A stretch of 37,877 bases of DNA from a virus (IMGVR_UViG_3300039916_000017:1-37877); one strand, 5' to 3'; numbered from the stretch's first letter, positions 27,701 to 35,551 are shown. Numbers and translations are program-made. Notes: generated by a model from the letters alone, not told the origin.

Positions 27701-29890
27701 CTGTACGACACCGTGTTCAAAGCCGGCACCATCCTTGGACTTGGTGCCGACAGCTTCAATGCGCAGCTGAGCAGCTTCGTCGTGGACATCGGCAAGGTCA
27801 GTCTCAAAGGCTTGTCGGATGACGAGATCCAGGAAGAGCTCCAGGCGGTGTTCTCCAAGGTTGGCGACAACCTCGCAGCATCTGGCGTGGCTGGCCTGGA
27901 GACGTTCCAGAAAGTAGGCGAGGGCTATCTCGAAACCCTGGCTCGGGTCGCTTCGAACTACCAGAGCCTGGATGCCATCATGGCGTCGATCGGGTCCACG
28001 GTCGGTGCGGCCGGCATTGCCAGCGTGCCTGCCCGCGAGCGTTTGATCGACATGTCTGGCGGCATCAGCGCGCTGGCCAGCCAGGTAAGCTCCTTTGCCG
28101 ACAACTTCCTGACCGAGGCCGAGCGCTTGGCGCCAGTGCAGAAGTTCGTTACTGACCAGCTCGCCAGCATCGGCATGGCCTGGGTCGACAACAGCGCCGA
28201 ATTCAAGAATGCCGCACTGGGCATCGACAAGACCACCGAGGCGGGTGCCAAGCAGTTCACCGTCATGATGAGCCTGGCCGACGCATTCGCCAAGGTGTAC
28301 CCGGCGGCCAAGGATCTGAGCATGTCGATGCAGGAGATTGCTGACGAGCGCATCACCCTCCAGGACAAGATTGACGAACTGTCGATGACGCGCGAGCAAC
28401 TGCTGGCCAAAGAGCGCACCGCTCTTCACGAAACCAACCGGCCGCTGTGGGACCGGATTCAGGGCCTGCAGGCCGAAGCGGCAGCGCAAGAGAAGCGGGC
28501 GCAGGAACGCACCACGTTGCAGGAGCAGCTCGACCAGCTGACGATGACGCGCGAGCAACTGCTGGCGCGCGAACGCGCCGCACTGGACGAAGGCAACCGC
28601 CCGCTTTGGGATCGCATCCAAGCGCTCCAGGCAGAAGCATCGGCGGTGCAGTCGGCCAAAGACGCGGCGGCCGGTTTGTTGAGCAACGTCGACAGCACGT
28701 TTGCCATGCTGGAGCGCGTCATCGACCGCGAACGCACGGCTCTGCAAACACAGATCGCCACCCATACCGAAGCAGCCAACAAGATCCGCGCGGTGTCTGA
28801 CAGCCTGCGTAGCACGATCAGCAGCATGCAGGCACCGGATGATCCAGTCGTGGCACGTGCGGGCGCTCAGAGCGATCTGCGCAGCTTCCTGGCCACCGCG
28901 CGCGCAGGCGGTGCGTTCCCTGATTCAGCCAAGTTGCAGGCAACGTTAGGCGCGCTGTCGGCTGATGCAAGCTCGCAGTTTGAAAGCTTCGCGGATTACC
29001 AGCGCGATTTCTATTCGACCCGCAACGACATGTCGGACTTGGCCGCACTGTCGGACGCCGCGCTGTCTACGGAAGAGCGCGCGCTGCAAACCCTGCAGGA
29101 ACAACTGGATGCGTATGACGCGATGCTCAAGCAAGAGCAGGAGCAGATCGACATCCTCAAGGGTCAGAGCACGACGGGCCTGTCGATCCTGGATGCTGTG
29201 AAAGCGCTCCGAGCGGCAGTGCTTGCCGCGCAAAGCAATCCGGTCGTGGCGGCAGGCTCGGCCATCAATTCGGCATACCAGACACACTTGGGCCGCGCAC
29301 CGGATGCCGCTGGCTTCGAGTGGTGGAACAACGCAGCGGCTAGTGGCACGCCGGTATCGCAGATTGTCAATGGCATCGCCAGCTCAACGGAAGCCGATCT
29401 CAACAAACTTTACGAGAGCGTCCTGGGGCGCAAGCCAGATGCTGAGGGTTTGTCCTTCTGGATGAAAGCGTACGGCTCGACCATGGATGCTGCTGAAACT
29501 GCCGACTTCGTGAAAGCAGCCCAGAAAAGTGACGAGTACAAAAAGCTCAACGGTATACCGGGCTTCGCGGCAGGCGGTGACCACTCGGGCGGCTGGCGCA
29601 TTGTTGGCGAGAACGGACCGGAGTTGGAAGCGACAGGTGCTGCACGGATCTTCAACGCGCAACAGACTCGCAACCTAATGGGGCAACTGTCCAGCCCAAG
29701 CGAAGGAAACGCCGTTCTGGTTGCCGAGGTGCGCGCGCTGCGCGCTGAGGTGACGCTGCTGCGCGAGGACAACAGCGCGGAAAACGTCGCGATCGCCAAA
29801 GGCGCGCAGGCAACCGCCAGCCATCTGGATGCAGCCATCAACGGCGATACGCCACTTGCAATGAAAGTAATCCCAGGAGTTCCAGCATGA
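24770..29890 (+). CDS. Tape measure protein (1706 aa) with C-terminal DUF4214-like repeats
   Basis: Long Ala-rich helical ORF, LFGKSGADLLPFL, FAAGG...IVGENGPEL; two Y...LGRxPDAxG..W repeats. Confidence 0.92.
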   Translation: MTSPRALIEMVVDGAAESRRRVESVADALRQMNGQSLQNISNQMNSLNDRFTGLQSTIGNVTSFAIAGVSLATLGSKVVGVLDSMGELDDLSQKIGTSVESLSRIQRVAKTFGVDFAGTVDPAMVKLARNLTTVDDKSSRTSKALAAIGVSAKDSAGKLRDPGQVMIEVAKSLAQYEDGAGKAAVVTDLFGKSGADLLPFLNDLADNVDKFSGVTPEAVKQATDLQDKFGMLSQRTDQAFTSIVTAALPALTGLSEGFTDVLEAQDGLIDNGEIAEWAGMAAMGIARVADVAVLAVRGFSALASSVEVITADLEVLWTASPANMGLTLAKGGSPLADLKKVVAERNQVLEAANAKWSAFYNADGNMFEQAVKKRLSAKAVDAKPQADEKPKDKDLNGYKPGSDAADKDAEKQANAYQNLTKAIQAKIVQANLELSAGAPLLASQQEQLSLTEQLAEMKGKLTPIQYSYLESQAKELVTKLEVIESNKRAAAGLESYSKMRAAYETSVAKAIENAITEADRNEELALTFGKTKGQIEALELARLEEQLAQRSSLGLTLDEIENLEKLIAAKKRSAVATGQVDIFTAGKKAAESLDEFLDPAKAQSFGEALRESLGGAGTALSALTSTLDGFGKRQAAIDEQRQNAALAFSSGQRTEMENMQDLARLSEMETKNRLSGYGDMAGAAAGFFGEQSRGYQALMTVSKVFHAAELAMTMAELVPKGIAAVLGQGAGDPYSAPVRMAAMAAIVAGLGVAIGGVSGGSSVRLSESRQKEQGTGTVLGSDAKSGSIARALAEIEQSSQDTLGVNNDMLISLRNIESGIGQFASLLVRTTGVTGEFGKDMNKNVFDSKAIGIGGAAAGGIGGAMAGAYVGMGTSQIGLLLGGPIGMALGAVLGAAIGKTFIGKALGSVFGGKQTVEDTGFTLDKSSYGSILTGGVNASQYADVKKDGGWFGSDKTSVKMEGLGAEGNRQITSVLTSLYDTVFKAGTILGLGADSFNAQLSSFVVDIGKVSLKGLSDDEIQEELQAVFSKVGDNLAASGVAGLETFQKVGEGYLETLARVASNYQSLDAIMASIGSTVGAAGIASVPARERLIDMSGGISALASQVSSFADNFLTEAERLAPVQKFVTDQLASIGMAWVDNSAEFKNAALGIDKTTEAGAKQFTVMMSLADAFAKVYPAAKDLSMSMQEIADERITLQDKIDELSMTREQLLAKERTALHETNRPLWDRIQGLQAEAAAQEKRAQERTTLQEQLDQLTMTREQLLARERAALDEGNRPLWDRIQALQAEASAVQSAKDAAAGLLSNVDSTFAMLERVIDRERTALQTQIATHTEAANKIRAVSDSLRSTISSMQAPDDPVVARAGAQSDLRSFLATARAGGAFPDSAKLQATLGALSADASSQFESFADYQRDFYSTRNDMSDLAALSDAALSTEERALQTLQEQLDAYDAMLKQEQEQIDILKGQSTTGLSILDAVKALRAAVLAAQSNPVVAAGSAINSAYQTHLGRAPDAAGFEWWNNAAASGTPVSQIVNGIASSTEADLNKLYESVLGRKPDAEGLSFWMKAYGSTMDAAETADFVKAAQKSDEYKKLNGIPGFAAGGDHSGGWRIVGENGPELEATGAARIFNAQQTRNLMGQLSSPSEGNAVLVAEVRALRAEVTLLREDNSAENVAIAKGAQATASHLDAAINGDTPLAMKVIPGVPA
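28346..28639 (+). repeat. Tandem 159-bp (53 aa) duplication within the tape measure
   Basis: ER.TLQ...MTREQLLA.ER.AL.E.NRPLWDRIQ.LQAEA occurs twice, starting at 28346 and 28505. Confidence 0.9.
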
Positions 29891-30927
29891 TTGTCGCCGA
29901 TCCAGTAGCCATGGGCGTGGTGACCTGCACCCGCGCCACCTCGGCCCCGTATCACGACCGCAATGGCGTGCGGCAGATGGCGCCGCCAAACACGCTGCGG
30001 GTTACCTACGATCCGGAGGACCTGAGCAAGGCGCCTTACGTGCTGCTCGATGCAGGTGAGGTGATCGGGTCCGGTGCAGGCGTCGTGTATAGCAACGTCC
30101 CTATTGACGAACCCGCCCACAGCCTAACGGCCACCTATGCGAAAGACGCGCTCGTTCATGAGTCGGCGTCGCAGAAAGTCTATCAGTCGCTCATTGCCAA
30201 CAACGTCGGTAAGGCGCTGACCGATACCACGGCATGGACACCGCGTGGCGTGACGAATCGCCGCAAGATGCTTGATGAATACAACAACACGCAAACTGAG
30301 TTTGCAGACGAAATCCTGCTGGTTGTGGCGCCGGAAACGATTTGCCAAGCGGTCTATCTAGGCAACCTGCTGGGCGACGAAGTGCGCATCAGCGTAGTCG
30401 ACCAGGTCGAAGGGCTTGTGTACAGCGAGACTGACGAGCTGGTGGAGTCCACCTCTGGCAGTTCGTTCTTCAACTGGTTTTTCAAGCCGACCAGACGCAA
30501 GGACTATTTCAGCACTTTGAAGCTGCCGGTGTATGCCAACCCGCTGATTACGATTTGCATCCGCAGGGCTGGCGGCACGGCCAAGTGTGGGATGGCTGCA
30601 GTAGGGCCGGTCGATGAATTCGGCCCGACCCTGCTCGGATTGGCCATGGAAGGCAAAGACTTTTCAAGCACCACATTTAATTTCGATGGGACCAGTAGCA
30701 CCGTGTTCCGCCCGTATGCAAAACGTATGTCTTTCGACGTGAAGGTTGATAACGGCCAGATCGACTATTTGCAGGGCCGGCTTTTTGAACGGCGCCAAAG
30801 AATGCAAATCTGGTTTGCTGGGCCATCCGGTGGTCCGATCGTGGCTGGCCGTTATAGCAGCTTTAAAACAGTTATCCAATATCAAAAACAATCACTCATG
30901 AGTTTCTCAATTGAAGGAGCCGTTTAA
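29887..30927 (+). CDS. Putative distal tail/tip protein (346 aa)
   Basis: ATGA-coupled to the tape measure; beta-rich. Confidence 0.65.
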   Translation: MIVADPVAMGVVTCTRATSAPYHDRNGVRQMAPPNTLRVTYDPEDLSKAPYVLLDAGEVIGSGAGVVYSNVPIDEPAHSLTATYAKDALVHESASQKVYQSLIANNVGKALTDTTAWTPRGVTNRRKMLDEYNNTQTEFADEILLVVAPETICQAVYLGNLLGDEVRISVVDQVEGLVYSETDELVESTSGSSFFNWFFKPTRRKDYFSTLKLPVYANPLITICIRRAGGTAKCGMAAVGPVDEFGPTLLGLAMEGKDFSSTTFNFDGTSSTVFRPYAKRMSFDVKVDNGQIDYLQGRLFERRQRMQIWFAGPSGGPIVAGRYSSFKTVIQYQKQSLMSFSIEGAV

Positions 30928-31958
30928 TGGCTGGTATTACTACATTCCTTGACGAATCGCAGATGCCGAATCGGTCACAGGAGCAAAAGGTATTTGATAA
31001 CCTGGTGGCTTACGTTTTCCAAAACTTCCCGAAGTGGGGGAGGGAAGTTAACGAATCCCTAGGGGCATTTAATGCGGCCCTTGCGGGTGGTGCGTATGCG
31101 CTACCGTACATCTTCGACTCCGCGACTGCCGACGCTGACCCTGGAGCGGGCAAGTTGCGCCTGTCGAGCGCAACGCAGAACACCGCCACGGTGCTGCGCC
31201 TGGACTTGGCCGCCGGCGGCCAGGACTATACGACGTTGATCGACACCATGGACGGCTCGACTAGCGTCATCAAGGGTTCGATCCGCTTGGTGAAGCAGGG
31301 CGACCTGAGTAAGTGGCTGACTTTTGATGTCACCGCTCGTGCGGCACCATCTGGCTACCGCAATCTCGCTGTCGTATGCACCGATAGCAGCTCGCCGAGC
31401 CCGTTCTCTGCGGGCGATGCGCTGATGCTGTTTTTCCAGCGAAATGGCGATCGCGGCCAGCCTGGTGCAAATGGCATGCTTGCTCTCGGCCCCCCTGCCG
31501 TTATTACGACACCGGTGGCAAATATCGATTTCTTGAACATATTCAGCGCGGATTACGATAAGTACACGATTGAAGTCCAAGGTATTTCGCTAAGCTCTGC
31601 AGCACAAATTAATGTAGTTCTCGCATACGGCGGGACGCCAGCGACTGATGGCAGCTATTACATGACGTCTGCCGGGAATCAAGTTGGAGCCCCTAACAAT
31701 GCTTTCACTATTGGAGTCATACATACGGCTATGAAGGGTGTATTGACCATTGAAATCAAGAACGTGAACGGTGCTGGGCCTAAGGGCGTAAGCGCACGTG
31801 GAATGCTTCCGTACGATTCGGTTTATTTCGTTCCGATTGTGGTGGAGGGGCTGCAAACAAAACCAACGTCAGCGAGCGGCTTTCGGCTGTTCTCTCCGCA
31901 AGGGGCGGCCTCGATCTCGGCTGGAACCGTCCGCGTCTTCGGTCACAGGAATTCATAA
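30927..31958 (+). CDS. Putative tail fiber/receptor-binding protein (343 aa)
   Basis: DADPGAGKLRL domain, collagen-like GDRGQPGANG hinge, lower-GC beta-rich C-terminus. Confidence 0.7.
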   Translation: MAGITTFLDESQMPNRSQEQKVFDNLVAYVFQNFPKWGREVNESLGAFNAALAGGAYALPYIFDSATADADPGAGKLRLSSATQNTATVLRLDLAAGGQDYTTLIDTMDGSTSVIKGSIRLVKQGDLSKWLTFDVTARAAPSGYRNLAVVCTDSSSPSPFSAGDALMLFFQRNGDRGQPGANGMLALGPPAVITTPVANIDFLNIFSADYDKYTIEVQGISLSSAAQINVVLAYGGTPATDGSYYMTSAGNQVGAPNNAFTIGVIHTAMKGVLTIEIKNVNGAGPKGVSARGMLPYDSVYFVPIVVEGLQTKPTSASGFRLFSPQGAASISAGTVRVFGHRNS

Positions 31959-32299
31959 TGACTATTCAAGTAATGGTAGACGGCGTCGTGCGGGATGCCA
32001 CCCCCGACGAACTGGCCGAAATAAAAGCGCGCGCCGCAGTAGCTGGTAAGCCGCCAGTCCCCCAGCAGATTTCATCAGGCCAAGGCCGCGAAGCGCTGTA
32101 CAACGTCGGCCTGTTTGCCAATGTCCAACCCGCCATTGACGCGATCGAAGACCCGGACACGAAATGGCGCGTTCAGAACGCATGGGACTACCGCCCGACG
32201 TGGGAGCGGCAGTCGCCGTTCGTGGAAATGATGGCCGGCATTTTGGGCTTGAGCGAGGAGCAGGCCGACGAGCTGTTCATCGCAGCAGCTGGATTGTGA
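31958..32299 (+). CDS. Tail fiber-associated/chaperone-like protein (113 aa)
   Basis: VPQQIS..QGREAL, WDY, LGLSEEQADELFIAAA pattern; follows the fiber gene. Confidence 0.7.
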   Translation: MTIQVMVDGVVRDATPDELAEIKARAAVAGKPPVPQQISSGQGREALYNVGLFANVQPAIDAIEDPDTKWRVQNAWDYRPTWERQSPFVEMMAGILGLSEEQADELFIAAAGL

Positions 32300-32347
32300 C
32301 GGGCTCAGTATTTCGACGGGCACAAAAGCGTCACAAGGGTCTAGATT

Positions 32348-32389
32348 TTCTCAGTCTTTAAAGAACTGTTGAGGTGATGTCGAGACACT
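32348..32389 (+). promoter_or_regulatory. Late promoter 3 (lysis genes)
   Basis: TTCTCA-GTC-TTTAAAGA, 19 nt, then GACACT. Confidence 0.75.
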
Positions 32390-32440
32390 GGTGTTTTCCG
32401 GTAGCTCTCATGTCTGCCGGCATCACGTCAAAAGGCAGCA

Positions 32441-32725
32441 ATGAGCATCAGCAAGACCACCCCGCCGGAAGTCGGCAGCTACGCCGGCGCAGCAGTAACT
32501 GTTGCCACCTCCCTGACCCTCACGGAGGTCGGCGTCATCGTCGGCATTCTCACCGCGCTGCTGACCTTCCTGCTGAACGCCTGGTACACGCACCAACGTA
32601 ACTCGCGCGAGGACCGGCTGGCTGAGCTCGAGTGCCACGAACGGGAAGTGCGCCTGGCGCAATTCCTCGCGCAGCTTCAGGCTCCCGAAGCAAAACCGCA
32701 TTTGCCAATACAGGAAAAACCATGA
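32441..32725 (+). CDS. Putative holin
   Basis: Hydrophobic VGVIVGILTALLTFLLNAWY with a charged C-terminus; first lysis gene. Confidence 0.7.
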   Translation: MSISKTTPPEVGSYAGAAVTVATSLTLTEVGVIVGILTALLTFLLNAWYTHQRNSREDRLAELECHEREVRLAQFLAQLQAPEAKPHLPIQEKP

Positions 32726-32931
32726 AATTTATCGACGACGCACGCGCGCAATTCCCGAAACTCTGGTCGGTACGCTTCTCGCTGCTGGCCGCTTTCGCAT
32801 CGGCCATCGAGGCCGGCATGCACCTGTACGCCGGCGGCACCGCGCCTATCCTGGTGGTGGCCGCTGGCCTGACCTCGCTCGGCGCCGCGATCGCGCGCGT
32901 CGTGGCGCAACCGGCGTTGACCGCCGAATGA
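32722..32931 (+). CDS. Second small membrane protein (holin/antiholin-like, 69 aa)
   Basis: MKFIDDAR..KLWSVR, two TM segments, ARVVAQP; ATGA overlaps at both ends. Confidence 0.75.
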   Translation: MKFIDDARAQFPKLWSVRFSLLAAFASAIEAGMHLYAGGTAPILVVAAGLTSLGAAIARVVAQPALTAE

Positions 32932-33434
32932 AGCGCGTTCGCATTCTGGTCAGCAGCCTGACCCTCAGTGCGGCCGCGTTCGTCGGCATCCTGTCGAGCG
33001 AGGGCTATACCGAGACGGCCGTCATTCCGACGAAGAACGACCGGCCGACGGTCGGGTTTGGCTCGACGTTCAAGGAAGACGGCGCGCCGGTGAAGTTGGG
33101 CGATCGCACCACGCCGGTCCGCGCCATCCAGCGCGCCGCTGCGCACCTGTCGCGCGAAGAGCAGTCCTTCCGCGCGTCGATCCCGGGCGTCGCACTGCAC
33201 CCGGCCGAGTACGACGTCTACATGGACTGGATCTACCAGTACGGCACTGGCGCTTGGTCGACGTCGTCGATGCGGCGTGAGCTGTTCGCCGGCCGCTACC
33301 CGCAGGCCTGCAGCGCGCTGCTGCTTTACAAGAAGTCTGGTGGCTACGACTGCTCGATCCCTGGCAACAGAATCTGCCCGGGCGTGTGGACGCGCCAGCT
33401 AGAGCGGCACCGTAAATGCATGGAGGTCCAATGA
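32928..33434 (+). CDS. GH24 lysozyme endolysin with SAR-like N-terminus
   Basis: Weakly hydrophobic N-terminal helix, then EG...D.PTVGFGST, YQYGTGAWSTSSM. Confidence 0.92.
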   Translation: MKRVRILVSSLTLSAAAFVGILSSEGYTETAVIPTKNDRPTVGFGSTFKEDGAPVKLGDRTTPVRAIQRAAAHLSREEQSFRASIPGVALHPAEYDVYMDWIYQYGTGAWSTSSMRRELFAGRYPQACSALLLYKKSGGYDCSIPGNRICPGVWTRQLERHRKCMEVQ

Positions 33435-33808
33435 TTCCTGCCCAGTACCGCGTGCTGGCGGCCGGCCTGGGCCTGCTGCTGGCCATGGCTCTGGCCTGCG
33501 CCGCCGGCTGGCTCACGAACGGCTGGCGGCGCGACGCCGAGATCGCCGAGCTGCAACGCGCGCACGCGGAAACCATGCGCAGCCAGTCTGAGCTGGCGCT
33601 GACCACGCTGCAGGCCGATGCCGCGCGCATCACCACGGCCGCGACCGAGTTCGCCGCCATTCAATCCACTCTGGCGCCGCGAATGTCGGCGCTCACCAAG
33701 GAGCTGCGCAATGCGAAACCTCTGCCTGCTGGTTGCGTGCCTGATGCTGACCGCGTGCGCAACCTCGACGCCGCAATCGACGCCGCCAACAAAAGCATCC
33801 CTCGATAG
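33431..33808 (+). CDS. Rz: Inner-membrane spanin
   Basis: N-terminal TM helix, coiled coil and C-terminal Cys. Confidence 0.8.
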   Translation: MIPAQYRVLAAGLGLLLAMALACAAGWLTNGWRRDAEIAELQRAHAETMRSQSELALTTLQADAARITTAATEFAAIQSTLAPRMSALTKELRNAKPLPAGCVPDADRVRNLDAAIDAANKSIPR

Positions 33809-33953
33809 CGCGCTGGCTGCGCCGTGCCCGACTGTCGAGCGGCCTAGCGCCGACGACTACGATGCATGGCAGGCTTGGGCTATCGACCTGCTGCGCCAGT
33901 ATGCGGAGTGCGCAGCGCGCCATGCGAAGACGGTTCAGGCCTGGTCAAGGTAG
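33711..33953 (+). CDS. Rz1: Outer-membrane lipoprotein spanin, overlapping Rz
   Basis: AAGGAG RBS, MRNLCLLVACLMLTAC lipobox, LAAPCP, YAECAARH. Confidence 0.88.
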   Translation: MRNLCLLVACLMLTACATSTPQSTPPTKASLDSALAAPCPTVERPSADDYDAWQAWAIDLLRQYAECAARHAKTVQAWSR

Positions 33954-33965
33954 TGACGCGCTGTA

Positions 33966-34211
33966 TTAGGCGACCGGCTTGGAGCCGCGCGAGCGTCGGA
34001 AGAATGCGGCGAGTCGGCCTGATTGCCATTCAGTGTGCACGCTGCGGTTGCCCCGCTCACGCCCCACCCACATCGGACGGCCACCCATCGGCACTACCTC
34101 TTCCTCTTCCACGCATGTGGCGCCGCAGACTGAGCAGTGGCGCGACGACTCATCATCGGACATGACCCACGCATGAGTCGGCAGAATTCTATCCAAAAGT
34201 CTCCACAGCAT
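33966..34211 (-). CDS. Hypothetical protein with H...CxxC motif (81 aa)
   Basis: ATG at 34211 after GAAGGGAAG; converges on the lysis genes. Confidence 0.5.
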   Translation of the reverse strand: MLWRLLDRILPTHAWVMSDDESSRHCSVCGATCVEEEEVVPMGGRPMWVGRERGNRSVHTEWQSGRLAAFFRRSRGSKPVA

Positions 34212-34377
34212 GACAAGCTTCCCTTCATTATTGTTGAGCAAGAGTAGCTCTGTTTCTGGTGGCGTGCAATGCTTAACTCCCGGCATCCTCCTGAAAGTGA
34301 AGCCCCTGCGCTAGCGTTGAGCGGAATGAGGTCATCTTTGACAGCTGGGATCGTGCCGTTGAAACGGCTGGCTTATT

Positions 34378-34746
34378 CTAGATTTCGGCCGCGGCGCAGG
34401 TGATGGCCCTGCGAGTGGCGCCGCCGGCGTCGTCGCCGTGCTGCTCGGAGGCCGACTGCAGATTGCCACTCACAGCGCGCGTGTCGTGCTCGTGGATGTA
34501 GACCTCAAACCGGAGCCGCACAGCTAGGTCGAACGCATCGCCGCTGAACATGAGCGGATTCCAGCTGTGCACAATCGACCCGTCGGAGAAGTGCAGGTTG
34601 ACGTAGCCTTCGCCATCGATTACCTCAACGCGCATCGCGCCGATCGCGAGCGCCGCTCGCTTCAACAGCACGAGGTCGGGTTCCGTAATGTCGACGCGTG
34701 GCGCCGCCGGCAGTTCGTTAAGGTCGTCGTAAATCTCGTTGCCCAT
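34378..34746 (-). CDS. Hypothetical phage protein (ABA-sandwich-like)
   Basis: AGGAGG RBS; WNPL...GDAFDLAV...ATRRAITCAAAEI. Confidence 0.75.
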   Translation of the reverse strand: MGNEIYDDLNELPAAPRVDITEPDLVLLKRAALAIGAMRVEVIDGEGYVNLHFSDGSIVHSWNPLMFSGDAFDLAVRLRFEVYIHEHDTRAVSGNLQSASEQHGDDAGGATRRAITCAAAEI

Positions 34747-34758
34747 TTCTCCCTCCTG

Positions 34759-34836
34759 GCGTAACTTTCAGCGTAGCTTCGTCAAACTCCTGCTATTCCC
34801 CAAAGGAGCGCACCCCCATGCATCATGGGGGTGTGC
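34759..34836. repeat. att-flanking module A
   Basis: GCGTAACTTT and GCGTAGCTTC in tandem, CTATTCC, and hairpin GCGCACCCCCATG-CAT-CATGGGGGTGTGC. Confidence 0.65.
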
Positions 34837-34900
34837 TTCACGTAGTCGCCTGCACAGATCAACGAGCACAGGATGCTGTGTTACTTATCAACGAAAAACT

Positions 34901-35356
34901 TCACGTCGACGTTGACGTTGACGTCGAGTACTCGTGAGCGATTGCAGCGAAAATAACAAAAAACACTCCGGCTACGATGGCAAGGATCACTTGAGTGATT
35001 CCCATCCAGAGCGGGGCATCCTTGCCAGTTAGCACAATTGCTAGCAAAACCATAGAGGGTACCAGTCCTACGATGATCAAGAGAGAGATCGTAAGCATAA
35101 CTGCAGGGACGTTGATACCTTTCCCCAGATTCAAAGTGCCCTGCACAATCTTCACTATCGACTGCCCAAATAAGAGGGCCGAAGCGAACGCCCACTCAGG
35201 CGCCATAATGTATTCGTACCAAGCCCGCTGTTGATAAGCGAACACGATGAAGACAACTGCAAAAGGAAGAAGGGCGAATAGAAGTTCGCTCACTGCCGCT
35301 ACGACCGCACGAGCTTGAAGATTATTACCTTGTAAATCTGACATTGTTGGAATCAC
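34901..35356 (-). CDS. Low-GC four-TM membrane protein (moron)
   Basis: Four hydrophobic segments; next to the att core. Confidence 0.75.
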   Translation of the reverse strand: MIPTMSDLQGNNLQARAVVAAVSELLFALLPFAVVFIVFAYQQRAWYEYIMAPEWAFASALLFGQSIVKIVQGTLNLGKGINVPAVMLTISLLIIVGLVPSMVLLAIVLTGKDAPLWMGITQVILAIVAGVFFVIFAAIAHEYSTSTSTST

Positions 35357-35422
35357 ATTGTTCGAGATGGCTAGTTGATCGGGTCGTCAGTTGAGATCTT
35401 CCAAAACTTGGAACTCATCTTC

Positions 35423-35465
35423 CAAAAATAAAAAAGGGTTATAAGCTCGAAGCATGTAACCCTTT
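35423..35465 (-). terminator. Intrinsic terminator downstream of the tRNA-His fragment
   Basis: AAAGGGTTA...TAACCCTTT stem followed by a T-rich tract on the minus strand. Confidence 0.8.
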
Positions 35466-35484
35466 GTATTACAACCGAATTCTG

Positions 35485-35534
35485 TGGGGTGGCTGATGGG
35501 GCTCGAACCCACGACAACAGGAATCACAATCCTG
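35485..35534 (-). other. att core: 3' 50 nt of tRNA-His(GTG), not a complete tRNA
   Basis: CAGGATTGTGATTCCTG anticodon arm, GTGGGTTCGAGCCCCAT T arm, CAGCCACCCCA end; no D arm or 5' acceptor strand upstream. Confidence 0.93.
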
Positions 35535-35551
35535 AAGCCGTGGTTATCATA

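Noticed and set aside
26861-28765. 634-aa antisense ORF, and similar ones at 10281..11399 and 8448..9455
   Set aside because: Antisense to clear genes; expected from high-GC codon bias; no motifs.
30927-32299. Diversity-generating retroelement or invertible fiber cassette
   Set aside because: No reverse transcriptase, template repeat, invertase or inverted duplicate fiber ends seen.
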